Of a stretch of DNA of 64,000 nucleotides, positions 42,560-54,103 are shown piece by piece. The notes beneath the pieces are model-generated. The model had not been told where the DNA came from. It saw only the letters and a program-made list of their open reading frames with translations, and made no database searches. Position numbers and translations under genes: made by a program. The DNA comes from Candidatus Latescibacterota bacterium (GTDB lineage: Bacteria > Latescibacterota > UBA2968 > UBA8231). The DNA lies in assembly GCA_965206595.1 (NCBI GenBank), contig OZ242214.1:224001-288000 (forward strand), given 5' to 3'. The number at the start of each line of letters is the position of its first letter. Position 1 is the stretch's first letter.

Positions 42560-44645
42560 GGGGAAGTGACCCTGTCCTGGGAGACTCCCGCCGACAACGG
42601 CTCGGCGCTGACGCGGTATGACTACCGGCAGAGCACGGACGGGGGGACCACGTGGGATCCGGACTGGACGGAAATTACGATCCCCGTCAACACGGTCGCG
42701 GCCGACCTCGAGGAGTATACGGTCGAAAGGCTCACCGACGGCCAGGCGTACACCTTCGAGGTGCGTGCGATCAACGCGATAGGGGATGGGGCCGCTTCGC
42801 AGGTATCCCTGCCGGCGGCGCCGGGGAATTTCCGTGCGCGATGGGTTCTCGAGGGGTCCGATGCTTTCGGGCACCACGAGGCGAAGCTGAGTTGGACCGA
42901 CCCGAGTGACCCCAACATCAGCTGGGAATTACCGGAAGAAGGAGGGCACCTCGGATTGGGAAACTGCCTGGACGACGGTGTCGGACGAGGATCCGACGGG
43001 CGTCTCGGTTGCGCAGACGGTGGACGGCCTCGACATCACGCAGCCGTACCGGTTCCAGGTTCGGGTCCGTCAACCTGCGGGTTGGTCGGCCGAGGCGGTG
43101 CTGACCCCCTTGCCGGTTTTTACGCAGCCGCTGTCGGTGAAGGCCCGAAGCGGGGCCGGCAAGGCGCAATTCGACCTGGTGTTTTCTCCCCCGGTGGACG
43201 GTCCAGACCTTCCGGATGATGCGCAGCAGGTTTCGTCGGGCAACCTCCGGTATCAGCTGGTGACCGTCGACGCGGAGGGCGCGACGAATACCAGCGATTT
43301 CGTAGACCTGGCCAATTTCTCTCGGCTTCTGCCTGCCGGGGCGAGCCTGGCATCGACTTTTTCGGCAACCGACCTTGCCCCGGTGGAGGGGTTGGCCGGG
43401 GGCGCGTCGGAGACTCAAGCCGCCGCTTTCCGTCAGGCGGCGACGCTGCGAATCACGGGCCTGGACCCGGGCGTGACCTACCAAATCAAGATGCGTCTGG
43501 TCGCTTCGGACGGGGCGACGATTTCGGAGTCGACTTCGGGTTCGGTTCTGGGTCTTCGTTGGCAGCGACCGACCGCCGGGTCGGTGGAGTTGAGCTGGAC
43601 GGATCCGGACGATCCAGTTATCAGGGGCTGGCAGTATCGTCAGCAGGCGGGCAGCGGGTCTTGGGGGGTTTGGCAGAGCGTGCCCAACAGCACGGCGTCG
43701 ACGACGAGTCATACGGTGTCCAGCCTGGACGCGGAGGAGACCTACCGGTTTCAGGTAGGCGCGATCGGTCCGGGGGGTCTGGTTGCCGAATCGTTCACGG
43801 TGTCGGCTCCTCCGAAGCCTTTGGTAGCGCCGGGTAACCTGCATGCGGAACCCGGTCACGCGTCGATGACGTTGCGTTGGGACGACGCGAACAATGCCCG
43901 CATCACCGGGTGGCAGTATCGGCAGCGGCAGGCCGGAGAGGATTGGGGAGCGTGGCAGCCGATCCCGGGCAGCACGGCGTCGACGACCTCGTATACGGTT
44001 ACGGACCTGACCAACGGGGTGAGCTACCGTTTCCGGGTGCGGGCGTTGGCCGGGTCCCAGGAGGGTCCCTTCGGGAAGTCGGTGGGAGGGCCGCCCAACG
44101 GCTTGCTGGCCCAGGCGTTGGACGGTGCGGTGGAGCTGGTCTGGGCGGACCCGTCCGATTCCCGTATCGCGGGGTGGCAGTATCGGGTGCGCGAGGGTCA
44201 GGACAGGTGGAGTGGGTGGCAGCCGGTCCCGGGCAGCACGGCGTCGACGACCTCGTATACGGTGCCGGACCTGACCAACGGGGTGAATCACCGGTTCCGG
44301 GTTCGGGGGGTGGCCTCGAATGGCCGGGTGGTGCTGGCCTGGCCGATGGTGGAGACGAGTCCGGATGCGTCGCTCGGGGTCCGGCCGGCGGTTCCGGGGA
44401 CCAACGGTCCGCCGGAGATCACGAGCGGTCCTTCGGCGGTATCGTTTGCCGAGAACGGCGCCGGCGTGGTGGCCACGTATGCGGGCACCGATCCGGACAA
44501 CGATGCGCTCATCTGGACGCTGGGCGGCGCCGATGCGGACACGATGCGGCTGGATGCGTCGGGTCGGCTTTTTTTCCGGGCGCCGCCGCCGGATTTCGAG
44601 TCTCCGGGGGACGCGAACGGCGACAAGATCTACGAGATGACGGTG
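42560..44645 (+). repeat. ~2.1-kb direct repeat, copy 2
   Basis: Matches 36160-38222. Confidence 0.9.
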
Positions 44646-44719
44646 TCGCTCAGCGACGGCCGCCCGGACGCGGCGGCCGACACCACGGTGTCGGTGCGGG
44701 TGCGTGTGACCGACGTCAA

Positions 44720-46050
44720 CGAGGCGCCGGTGGTGTCGGGAGTCAGCGACACCACGTTTGCCGAGAAGGGCTCGGGGGTGGTGGTCACGTATGCGGCCAC
44801 CGATCCGGAAGGCACTCCCATCACGTGGACGCTGGGCGGCGCCGATGCGGACACGATGCGGCTGGATGCGTCGGGTCGGCTGCGTTTCCGGGCGCCGCCG
44901 CCGGATTTCGAGGATCCGGGGGACGCGAACGTCGACACCGTCTATGAGGTGACGGTGACGGCCGGCGACGGGTCGCTGTCGTCGCCCCCGTTTCCGGTCA
45001 GGGTGCGTCTGACCAACGTCGACGAGCCGGGCAGGGTGATCCTGCCTGCGAGTCCTCAGGAGGGTCTGGCGTTTACGGCGGCCCTGACCGACCCGGACGG
45101 GGACGTGAGTGCGGAGCACGAGGAGGGGAATCCCGACGACGGGAACCGCGACGGGTGGGTGTTCGAGCGTCGGCGGCCGGCCGCGGGCGAGTCGTGGCAG
45201 CTCATCGCGGCCCCGGGTGGGGCTTCGGGGGCGGTGTCGACCTTGCCGGAGCTGAAGAGCTACACGCCGACGGCGGCCGATGTCGGTCACCTGCTGCGGG
45301 CGCGGGTGAGCTACCGGGACGGTCACGGTCCGAACAAGAACGCGCAGAGCGAGCCCACCGGGCCGGTGACGGCCCGGCCGCCGCCGCCGCCCGAGGCGCC
45401 GGTGGTGTCGGGAGTCAGCGACACCACGTTTGCCGAGAAGGGCGCCGGCGTGGTGGCGACCTATACGGCCACCGCCCCGGAAGGCACTCCCATCACGTGG
45501 TTGCTGGGCGGCGCCGATGCGGACACGATGCGGCTGGATGCGTCGGGTCGGCTGCGTTTCCGGGCGCCGCCGCCGGATTTCGAGTCTCCGGGGGACGCGA
45601 ACGTCGACACCGTCTACGAGGTGACGGTGACGGCCGGCGACGGGTCGCTGTCGTCGCCCCCGTTTCCGGTCAGGGTGAGTCTGACCAACGTCGACGAGCC
45701 GGGCACGGTGATCCTGCCCTCGAGTCCTCAGGAGGGTCTGGCGTTTACCGCGGCCCTGACCGACCCGGATGGGGATGTGAGTGCGCGGCACGAGGAGGGG
45801 AATCCCGACGATGGGGACCGCGACGGGTGGGTGTTTGAGCGTCGGGACGGCAACGGGCGGTGGCAGCTCATCCCGTCGCAGGGTGGGGCTTCGGGCGCGG
45901 TGTCCAGCTTGCCGGAGCTGAAGAACTACACGCCCACGGCGGCGGATGTCGGTCACCTGCTGCGGGCGCGGGTGAGCTACCGGGACGGTCACGGTCCGAA
46001 CAAGAGCGCGCAGAGCGAGCCCACCGGGCCGGTGACGGCGGCCCCGCCGC
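44720..46050 (+). repeat. Two tandem ~670-bp intragenic cadherin-like units
   Basis: EAPVVSGVSDTTFAEKG...GHGPNK.AQSEPTGPVT occurs twice. Confidence 0.88.
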
Positions 46051-47519
46051 CGCCGCCCCAGGACCTGCCGGGTCCGGAGGGCGGGTCGGCGGTTTCGGGC
46101 TGGGCGCAGGCGCGGGTGTCGTGGCGCCCGGTGTCGGCGAGTCCGGCGGTCAGCGGCTACGACGTGCACTGGCAGAGCAAACCGGTGTCAGGAGGGACCT
46201 GGCCGGAGTCGTGGACGAGCCTGCTGGACAACGGGGCGGGCACGGTCGAGGGCGCCCGTCGGGCGCACGTCCACCCCGCCCTGGACCCGGACCGGGTGTA
46301 TCGGTATCGGGTGCGGGCGCGCCGGGGGCAAGAGACCGGTGGCTGGTCGGGGCCGCTGCCGGGGGAGACGGGGGTGCAGCCGCAGCCGGGTCCGGCGACC
46401 GGTGTGACGGCGGCGCGGGGCGACCGGCAGGTGCGGTTGGCCTGGACGGGACCGGATCACGCCCACCTTACGGGGTGGCAGTACCGGTCAGGCACGGTCG
46501 TCGGCCCGGACACGACCTGGGCGTCTTGGCGGACGATGTCGGGCAGCGGGGCGAGCACCCGCGGTCATACCGTGCCGAATCGGACCAACGGCCGGAGCTA
46601 CACGTTCCGGGTGCGGGCGCTCAACGCGGCCGGGCAAGGGGCGCCCTCGGAGGCGACGACGGCGGTGACCCCTGCGGTGGTCCCATCGGCACCCGGGAAC
46701 CTGGGGGCGGCGCCCGGCGACGGCGACCGGCAGATGCGCCTGAGCTGGGAGAGGGCGGCCGACAACGGCTCGGCGCTGAGGGGGTATCAGTATCGCCAGA
46801 GCACGGACGGGGGCGCTACTTGGGCCGTCGACTGGCGGGCGGTATCCGGCAGCGATGCGACCACGACCTCGCATGTGCTGAGGGGGCTGAGCCCCGGCGC
46901 GTACACGTTCGAGGTGCGGGCGCTCAACGGGGTGGGCGAGGGGGTGGCGTCGGACCGGGCCACGGGGGTCTGGTTTGAGGAGAAGGGCACCGGCGCGGCG
47001 GTTTCCTACCCGTCGGTTGCCGGCCGAAACTGGACGCGGTCCGGCGTCGACGCGGGGGACTTTACCCTGTCGTCGGCCGGTGTTTTGGGTTTCGGCACGG
47101 CACCCGACTTCGAGGAACCGGTCGATGCGGACACCGACAACGTCTACCGGGTGAGGGTGGAGGCCAGGGAGTCGGGTGCGCCTGTTTTGCGGCTGGAGGT
47201 GGTGGTGCGGGTGACCAACGTCGACGAGGAGGGTACGGTGACGCTGTCGCCGACGGCGCCCCGGGTGGACGAGGACCTGACGGCGTCGCTGAGCGACCCG
47301 GACGGGGGCGAGCAGGTTACCGGGTGGACCTGGTACGCCCGCACGCCGGCGCCGCCGGGCGGGGCTTCGGGGGCGGTGGATGAGCCGGTCGGGACGTCGA
47401 AGACCATCCGGCCGAGCCGTCTGCTGATCGGCAAGCGCTTGCGGGCGCGGGCGGACTATTCGGACGCGCACGGGCCGGGCAAGCGGGCGGCCAGCGCCGA
47501 GTCCGACCTGGTGGTGGGG

Positions 47520-48830
47520 GTGCCGACGGCGCCGCGGGACTTTGAGGCGGCGGCCGGCAACGGACAGGTGTCGCTGCGTTGGTCCGCGCCGTCTTCGAAC
47601 GGCGGCTCGGCGATCCGCCGATACGAACATCGGCACCGCCGCAGCTCGGCCCGTTGGCCCGACGAGGACACCTGGACCGAGGTGGGCACGGCGGCCCGGG
47701 CAACGGTGCCGGACCTGAGCAACGACACCCCGTACGCTTTCCAGGTGCGGGCGGTCAACGAGGCCGGGGACGGCCCGGCCGCCGACGACACGGCGACCCC
47801 TCGCCAACCCAACCGGGCGCCGGTGCTTGAGGGTCCGAGCGATACCACGTTCGCCGAGAACGGCACCGGGTCGGTGGCCACCTATACGGGCACCGACCCG
47901 GACGGCCACCCCATCGCGTGGTCGCTGGTGGGGGACGATGCGGGCGCCTTCGGGCTGGGCCCGGGCGCGACCTCGGCGAGCCGGCAGCTGATCTTCAGAA
48001 CCGCGCCCGACTACGAGGCCCGGAGTTCGCCCTACCAGGTGACGGTGAAGGTCAAGGACGCCCCCCCGTCGCCGGCGTTGCCCGATTCTACGCTGCTGGA
48101 GGTGACGGTGAGCGTGGCCAATGTCGACGAGGCCGGCTCGGTGAGTTTGACCACGACGAAACCCAAGGTGGGCCAGACCCTGGTCGCGGTGCTCACCGAC
48201 CCGGACCAGGGGGTGACCGATGTGGGCTGGACCTGGCAGCCGCTGCCCCCGGGCCCCTCCGGTTCGGGAGGCCCCCCGGCTCCCGACGAGGGGCCCACCG
48301 GGGCTTCGCAGGGCGCCACCTCCGGGCCGTACACGGTCAAGTCGACGGACTTCGGGCTGGTGTTGTGGGCGCGGGCGGCCTACGACGACGCGCACGGGCC
48401 GGACAAGAAGGCGGCTACCGAGACGGCCCCGGTAATCAAGGAACCGTCGACGCCGCGGGACTTTGAGGCGACGCCCGGCAACGGACAGGTGTCGCTGCGT
48501 TGGTCCGCGCCGTCTTCGAACGGCGGCTCGGAGATCACCGGATACGAACATCGGCACCGCCGCAGCTCGGCCCGTTGGCCCGACGAGGACACCTGGACCG
48601 GGGTGGGCACGGCGACCCGGGCCACGGTGCCGGGCCTGCGCAACGACACCCCGTACGCTTTCCAGGTGCGGGCGGTGAACGAGGCCGGGGACGGGCCGGC
48701 CGCCGACGCCACGGCGACCCCTCGCCAACCCAACCGGGCGCCGGTGCTTGAGGGTCCGAGCGATACCACGTTCGCCGAGAACGGCACCGGGTCGGTGGCC
48801 ACCTATACGGGCACCGACGCGGACGAGGAC
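47520..48830 (+). repeat. Duplicated FN3 plus cadherin-start unit (~47520-47900 and ~48450-48830)
   Basis: PRDFEA..GNGQVSLRWSAPSSNGGS...TPRQPNRAPVLEGPSDTTFAENGTGSV occurs twice. Confidence 0.88.
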
Positions 48831-49029
48831 GTGCTTACGTGGTCCAAGGGCGGTCCCGATGGCGGTTCTTTCCGCCTGTCGGGCTCGGGCCCGACGCGGA
48901 CGCTCGAATTCCACACTGCCCCCGACTACGAGGCCAAGAGCAGCTACCGGGTGACGGTGTCGCTCAGCGACGGCCGCCCGGACGCGACGGCGGACACCAC
49001 GGTGACGGTGCGGGTGACGGTGACGGACG

Positions 49030-51190
49030 TGAACGAGCCGCCGGTGATAACGGGTCCGGTCACGAAGTCGGTGCCCGAGAACAGCGCGTCGGTGGCCACG
49101 TACACGGCCACGGACCCGGAGGGCGACAGCGTGACCTGGTCCCGGGCAGGCACGGACGGGAACCGCTTCCAGATCACGGAAAGCGGGGGTGTCCTGCGTT
49201 TTTCTCCGGCGCCCGACTACGAGGGTCCGACGGACGCGACCTGGGTCAACACCTACCAGGTGACGGTGACGGCGACGGACAACGGCTCGCCCAATAAATC
49301 GGCGACGCGCGCGGTGACGGTGACGGTGACCGACGTCAACGAGCCGCCGCCGACCCCTTCGGCCCCGTCGGTGTCGGCGGCCTCGAGCAACGGCCACGAG
49401 CGCCTGTCGGTGAGCTGGTCGGCGCCCAGCATCAGCGGGCGTCCCGGCCTCAGCGACTACGACGTGCAGTATCGGAAGTCAGGCGCTTCCAGGTGGAGCG
49501 CGCATTCGTTCACGGGCACGGGGACCTCGACGACGATATCGGGGCTGTCTACCGATACCGAGTATCAGGTGCAGGTGCTGGCCAGGAATGCGGAGGGCAG
49601 CAGTTCCTGGTCCTCCAGCGGCCGCGGCCGCACGCGTCCGAACACGGCGCCGTCGTTCACGTCGGGTCCGACGTCGAAGTCGGTGGCGGAGAACAGCCGC
49701 TCGGTGGGTTCCTACACAGCCACCGATGCGGAGGGCCACAGCATCAGCTGGTTGCTGGAGGGCACCGATTCGGGGGATTTCTCCAAGACGGTGTTGTACG
49801 GGGTGTTGTCCCTGAGTTTCGGCAGCGACCCGGACTACGAGAGTCCCGACGATTCGGGTCGCAACAACGTCTACCACGTGACGGTGAAGGCGGAGGACAA
49901 CGGCTCGTCCAAGAAATCCTCGACGCGGGCGGTGACGGTGACGGTGACCGACGTCAACGAGCCGCCGCCGACCCCTTCGGCCCCGTCGGTGTCGGCGGCC
50001 TCCAGCAACGGCCACGAGCGGTTGTCGGTGAGCTGGTCGGCGCCCAGCACCAGCGGGCGTCCCGGCCTCAGCGACTACGACGTGCAGTATCGGAAGTCAG
50101 GCGCTTCCAGGTGGAGCGCGCATTCGTTCACGGGCACGGGGACCTCGACGACGATATCGGGGCTGTCTACCGATACCGAGTATCAGGTGCAGGTGCTGGC
50201 CAGGAATGCGGAGGGCAGCAGTTCCTGGTCCTCCAGCGGCCGCGGCCGCACGCGTCCGAACACGGCGCCGTCGTTCACGTCGGGTCCGACGTCGAAGTCG
50301 GTGCCCGAGAACAGCACGTCGGTGGCCACGTACACGGCCACGGACCCGGAGGGCGACAGCGTGACCTGGTCACGGGAAGGCACCGATGGGAACCGCTTCC
50401 AGATCACGGGCGGCGGCGCCTTGCGTTTTTCTCCGGCGCCCGACTACGAGAGTCCGACGGACGCGACCTGGGTCAACACCTACCACGTGACGGTGAAGGC
50501 GACGGACAACGGCTCGCCGAACAAATCCTCGACGCGCGCGGTGACGGTGACGGTGACCGATGTGAACGAGCCGCCGCCGACCCCTTCGGCCCCGTCGGTG
50601 TCGGCGGCCTCCAGCAACGGCCACGAGCGGTTGTCGGTGAGCTGGTCGGCGCCCAGCACCAGCGGGCGTCCCGGCCTCAGCGACTACGACGTGCAGTATC
50701 GGAAGTCAGGCGCTTCCAGGTGGAGCGCGCATTCGTTCACGGGCACGGGGACCTCGACGACGATATCGGGGCTGTCCTCCGATACCGAGTATAAGGTGCA
50801 GGTGCTGGCCAGGAATGCGGAGGGCAGCAGCGCCTGGTCCTCCAGCGGCAGCGGCCGCACCAACACACCTCCGAACACGGCGCCGTCGTTCACGTCGGGT
50901 CCGACATCGAAGTCGGTGGCGGAGAACAGCCGCTCGGTGGGTTCCTACACAGCCACCGATGCGGAGGGCCACAGCATCAGCTGGTCGCTGACAGGCACGG
51001 ATGCGGGGGATTTCTCCAAGACGGTGTTGTACGGGGTGTTGTCCCTGAGTTTCGGCAGCGCCCCGGACTACGAGAGTCCCGACGATTCGGGTCGCAACAA
51101 TGTCTACAACGTGACGGTGAAGGCGACGGACAACGGCTCGCCGAACAAATCCTCGACGCGCGCGGTGACGGTGACGGTGACCGACCAGTC
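49030..51190 (+). repeat. Alternating cadherin-A/FN3/cadherin-B/FN3 array (~610-bp period, three near-identical FN3 copies)
   Basis: DVNEPPPTPSAPSVSAASSNGHERLSVSWSAP starts at ~49332, ~49950 and ~50559. Confidence 0.9.
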
Positions 51191-51866
51191 CGAGCCGCCG
51201 GGTGCGCCCTCCGGGGTGAGTGTGAGCGCGCCGTCCTACCGGGGCCACGAGCGCCTGTCGGTGCGCTGGACGGCCCCGTCCAACAGCGGGCCGGCGCTTA
51301 GCGGCTACGGCATCCAGTACTGCAAGACCGTCGAGGTTCCGTTCTGCGACAGCTACAGCATCTGGTCCTCCAGTTCGGCGACCGGCTCGGCCACCAGCAA
51401 ACTCCTGACCGGGCTGTCGGCCAACACCGGCTACACCGTGCAGGTGCGGGCAAGCAACGCCGAGGGCACCAGCGGCTGGTCCTCGCGGGCCACCGGCAGC
51501 ACCCGCTCGGCGGCGGCCAAGGCCCTGGCCGAGCAGATGGCCGCGACCGGGAAAGAACTGGCCGCCCTGGCCGCGCCCAACCCCTTCAACCCCCGCACCA
51601 CGATCTACTTCCAGGTGCCCGATAGTGACGAGGTCTCCCTGGTCATCTACAGTCTCGCCGGCCAGGTGGTGAAGACGCTCATACCGGGCCGCACCCTGAA
51701 CCCCGGGATACACCAGGCCTTCTGGGAGGGACGCGACCAGCAGGGACGCCCGGTGGCCGCCGGCGTCTACTTCTACCGCCTCACCGCTGGAGACCGGGCA
51801 GTCGTGCGCAAGATGACCCTCCTGCGGTGAGGTGAGAGGGCAAACTCCAGACGGAAGCAATATCAC

Positions 51867-52862
51867 ATGACCTTTCGGGTTCCCTGCGAGCGGATGCGCG
51901 AAGAATTCCTCCGGGCCCTTTCGGTCTCCGGGTTCGGCGAGGCGGACGCGGAGACCCTGGCCCGGGTGTTCGCCGACAACACCTGCGACGGGGTGATCTC
52001 CCACGGGATCAACCGCTTCCCCGGGTTCGTCCGCGACGTGCGCGAGGGGCTGATCGACCCGTCGGTCCGGGCTGAACCAGTTGCCGCCCTGGGAGCGCTG
52101 GAGCAGTGGGAAGGGCACCGCGGCCCCGGCATTCTCAACGCTCTGGCCTGCATGGACCGGGCGGTCGAGCTTGCCCGCGAGCACACGGTCGGGGCCGTCG
52201 CCCTGCGCAACACCGGCCACTGGATGCGGGCCGGCACCTACGGCCTGCGGGCGGCGGCGGCCGGTTGCATCGGCATCTGCTGGACGAACACGACGCGTCT
52301 GATGCCGCCTCACGGCTCCGCCGAAAAGCGCCTCGGGAACAACCCCCTGGTGATGGCGGTTCCGGCGCCCGGCGGCGACACCGTGCTCCTCGACATGGCG
52401 GTGAGCCAGTTCTCCGGCGGGCGTGTGCAGATCCACGAGCGCAGCGGCGAGCCCCTGCCGGTTCCGGGCGGGTACGACGCCGAGGGCCGGCTGACCACGG
52501 ATGCGGCGGCCCTGGAGCGCCCCCTGCCGATCGGCCTCTGGAAGGGAAGCGGCCTGGCCCTCTGCCTGGACCTGGTGGCGGCGCTGGTCTCGGGAGGGCG
52601 GACAACCGCGGAAATCTCGCGGGAGTCGAGGGAAGAGGGGGTGTCGCAGTTGTTTCTTGCCATCGATCTGGCACGGGTCGGCGACCCGGGACGGGTCCGG
52701 CAGGCGGTGCAGGAGTCCCTGGCCGACCTGGTTTCGGCCGGATCCCTGCCCGGAGAGCGCGTCGTTTACCCGGGGCAGCGCAGCGCCGAGCGGCGGCGCG
52801 AGGCCCTGGACCTCGGAGTGCCAGTGGAGCGCCGCTTCTGGGAAGAGGTGCTGGCCCTGTAG
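51867..52862 (+). CDS. yiaK: 2,3-diketo-L-gulonate reductase (Ldh_2 family)
   Basis: SHGINRF, ALRNTGHWMRAGTYG, ICWTNT, LGNNPL, DMAVSQFS, LPIGLWKGSGL. Confidence 0.85.
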   Translation: MTFRVPCERMREEFLRALSVSGFGEADAETLARVFADNTCDGVISHGINRFPGFVRDVREGLIDPSVRAEPVAALGALEQWEGHRGPGILNALACMDRAVELAREHTVGAVALRNTGHWMRAGTYGLRAAAAGCIGICWTNTTRLMPPHGSAEKRLGNNPLVMAVPAPGGDTVLLDMAVSQFSGGRVQIHERSGEPLPVPGGYDAEGRLTTDAAALERPLPIGLWKGSGLALCLDLVAALVSGGRTTAEISRESREEGVSQLFLAIDLARVGDPGRVRQAVQESLADLVSAGSLPGERVVYPGQRSAERRREALDLGVPVERRFWEEVLAL

Positions 52863-53009
52863 AGCTACAGGGCGGCCATCAGCTCTTCGTTCTACCGACC
52901 AGCATCCGGCGGCCGTTGCGGATCGTCGGCGCCCGCAGCTTGCCGGAGCGGCCGTGGAGCAGCTCGGGCAGCTCGCCGGGGCGGGGGTAGCGCCATTCGA
53001 TTCGTCGGG

Positions 53010-53504
53010 TCATCGCTCGCCCTGCAGGTCGTGGATTGTCGCTTCAAGCGTTTCCAGATCCACGATGGAAACCGTCGGTTTCCCTGTGGTCCAACCCCCT
53101 GTTTCCCCCGGGTTCAGCAAAAGAGATTTGCCCTTGCGGATGTCGATCTCGTGGGTGTGTCCGTAAACGACGAGGTCGTATCCGCCGCTTTCCGCTATCG
53201 GGATGGCGAGCTCCGGGTAATGCATGACGGCGATGTTTCTGTCGCCGATCGAGACGCTCGCCAGGTTGGGATGGATCTCTCCGACGGCTTCGAACCGCTT
53301 CGACAGCCCGACTCGTTCGCCGTCGTTGTTCCCGAATACGCCGACGACCCGGCAGCTCAGATCCGCCAACGGGTCGATGGCGAAGGGAGCGATGAAATCG
53401 CCGGCATGGACCACCAGATCCACCCCGGTTTCGTTGAAGAGCGCGACAGCCCGTTCGATATTCGGGACGTTGTCGTGGCTGTCGGACATGACGCCGAGTT
53501 TCAT
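53010..53504 (-). CDS. Metallophosphoesterase, YfcE/MJ0936 family
   Basis: SDSHDN, HAGD, GNND, YGHTH, LNPGE. Confidence 0.92.
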   Translation of the reverse strand: MKLGVMSDSHDNVPNIERAVALFNETGVDLVVHAGDFIAPFAIDPLADLSCRVVGVFGNNDGERVGLSKRFEAVGEIHPNLASVSIGDRNIAVMHYPELAIPIAESGGYDLVVYGHTHEIDIRKGKSLLLNPGETGGWTTGKPTVSIVDLETLEATIHDLQGER

Positions 53505-53716
53505 TTCGAATCCTCCCAATCAAGTAAAGTAAAATTGCAGCCGGACCGGTTCGTACTGAAGAAGGCGCAATCCTGTCCTTCGAAGCAATCGAATGGAGAT
53601 GCGGGGAAGGCGTGAGCCGCACCTGCCATGGGATGAGCACCTCGCAGTCGGCCACCAAGTCGTGGTGGTCTTCCGGGGGTCCGGTCAATGGTTGTTGCAG
53701 GAAGGAGAAATATCCA

Positions 53717-54070
53717 ATGCTATCCGATCTGGAAGTCGGGCAGTTCAGGACGTTCGGGTTCATCGCGTTGAGGAGCTGCCTGACTGAAAGGGAGGTAAAG
53801 GATCTCCAGGAGGCGCACGACCGGGTCATTGCCGAGGCACCTGCTTACAACTATTTCGCGGAGAACGGCACCCGCATGCTCAGCCCCTTCGTCCAGGCCG
53901 ACAATGCCTTTGCAAGGCTGATCGAGCATCCCCGCGTGATGGAAGCCATGCGCGATATCTGGGGGACGGAGTGCCTGTACATCGGCGCCAGCGACATGTG
54001 GTCGAACCGGGACGATAAGATGGCGTCGCGGCTTGAGGGGCTGGGAGTGGAGCGGGTGAGAGAGTTGTAA
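53717..54070 (+). pseudogene. 5' fragment of a PhyH-family dioxygenase
   Basis: AAGGAGA RBS; QFRTFGFIALRSCL...LIEHPRVMEAMRDIWG. Ends before the HxD motif, with an unrelated tail. Confidence 0.7.
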
Positions 54071-54103
54071 GTCCCGAGGCTGAAAGGAGCGAAGGAAGCC
54101 CCG

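Larger units (their letters stand above)
39918..51830 (+). pseudogene. Giant exported protein D (~3,950 aa if repaired): M6/immune-inhibitor-A metalloprotease, many FN3 and cadherin-like repeats, C-terminal FlgD-Ig domain; two frameshifts
   Basis: Signal peptide; AHEYGHLMGLHELYD, GIGRWGTMG, PLSAYSRLKVGW, EYFL..SRQ, GLAIWHIDE; PDYE cadherin motifs; C-terminus PNPFNPRTTI...LAGQVVKTL...WEGRD..G..VAAGVYFYRL. Split by a 65-bp duplication (~42405-42535) and an extra T (~42930). Confidence 0.88.

Noticed and set aside
49030-51190. Possible CRISPR array
   Set aside because: The repeats are hundreds of bp long, in frame and protein-coding. There are no unique spacers and no cas genes.
42918-52436. 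Long minus-strand ORFs (1083, 969, 576 aa)
   Set aside because: Arg/His-rich antisense shadows of the GC-rich repetitive giant gene, with no domain motifs.
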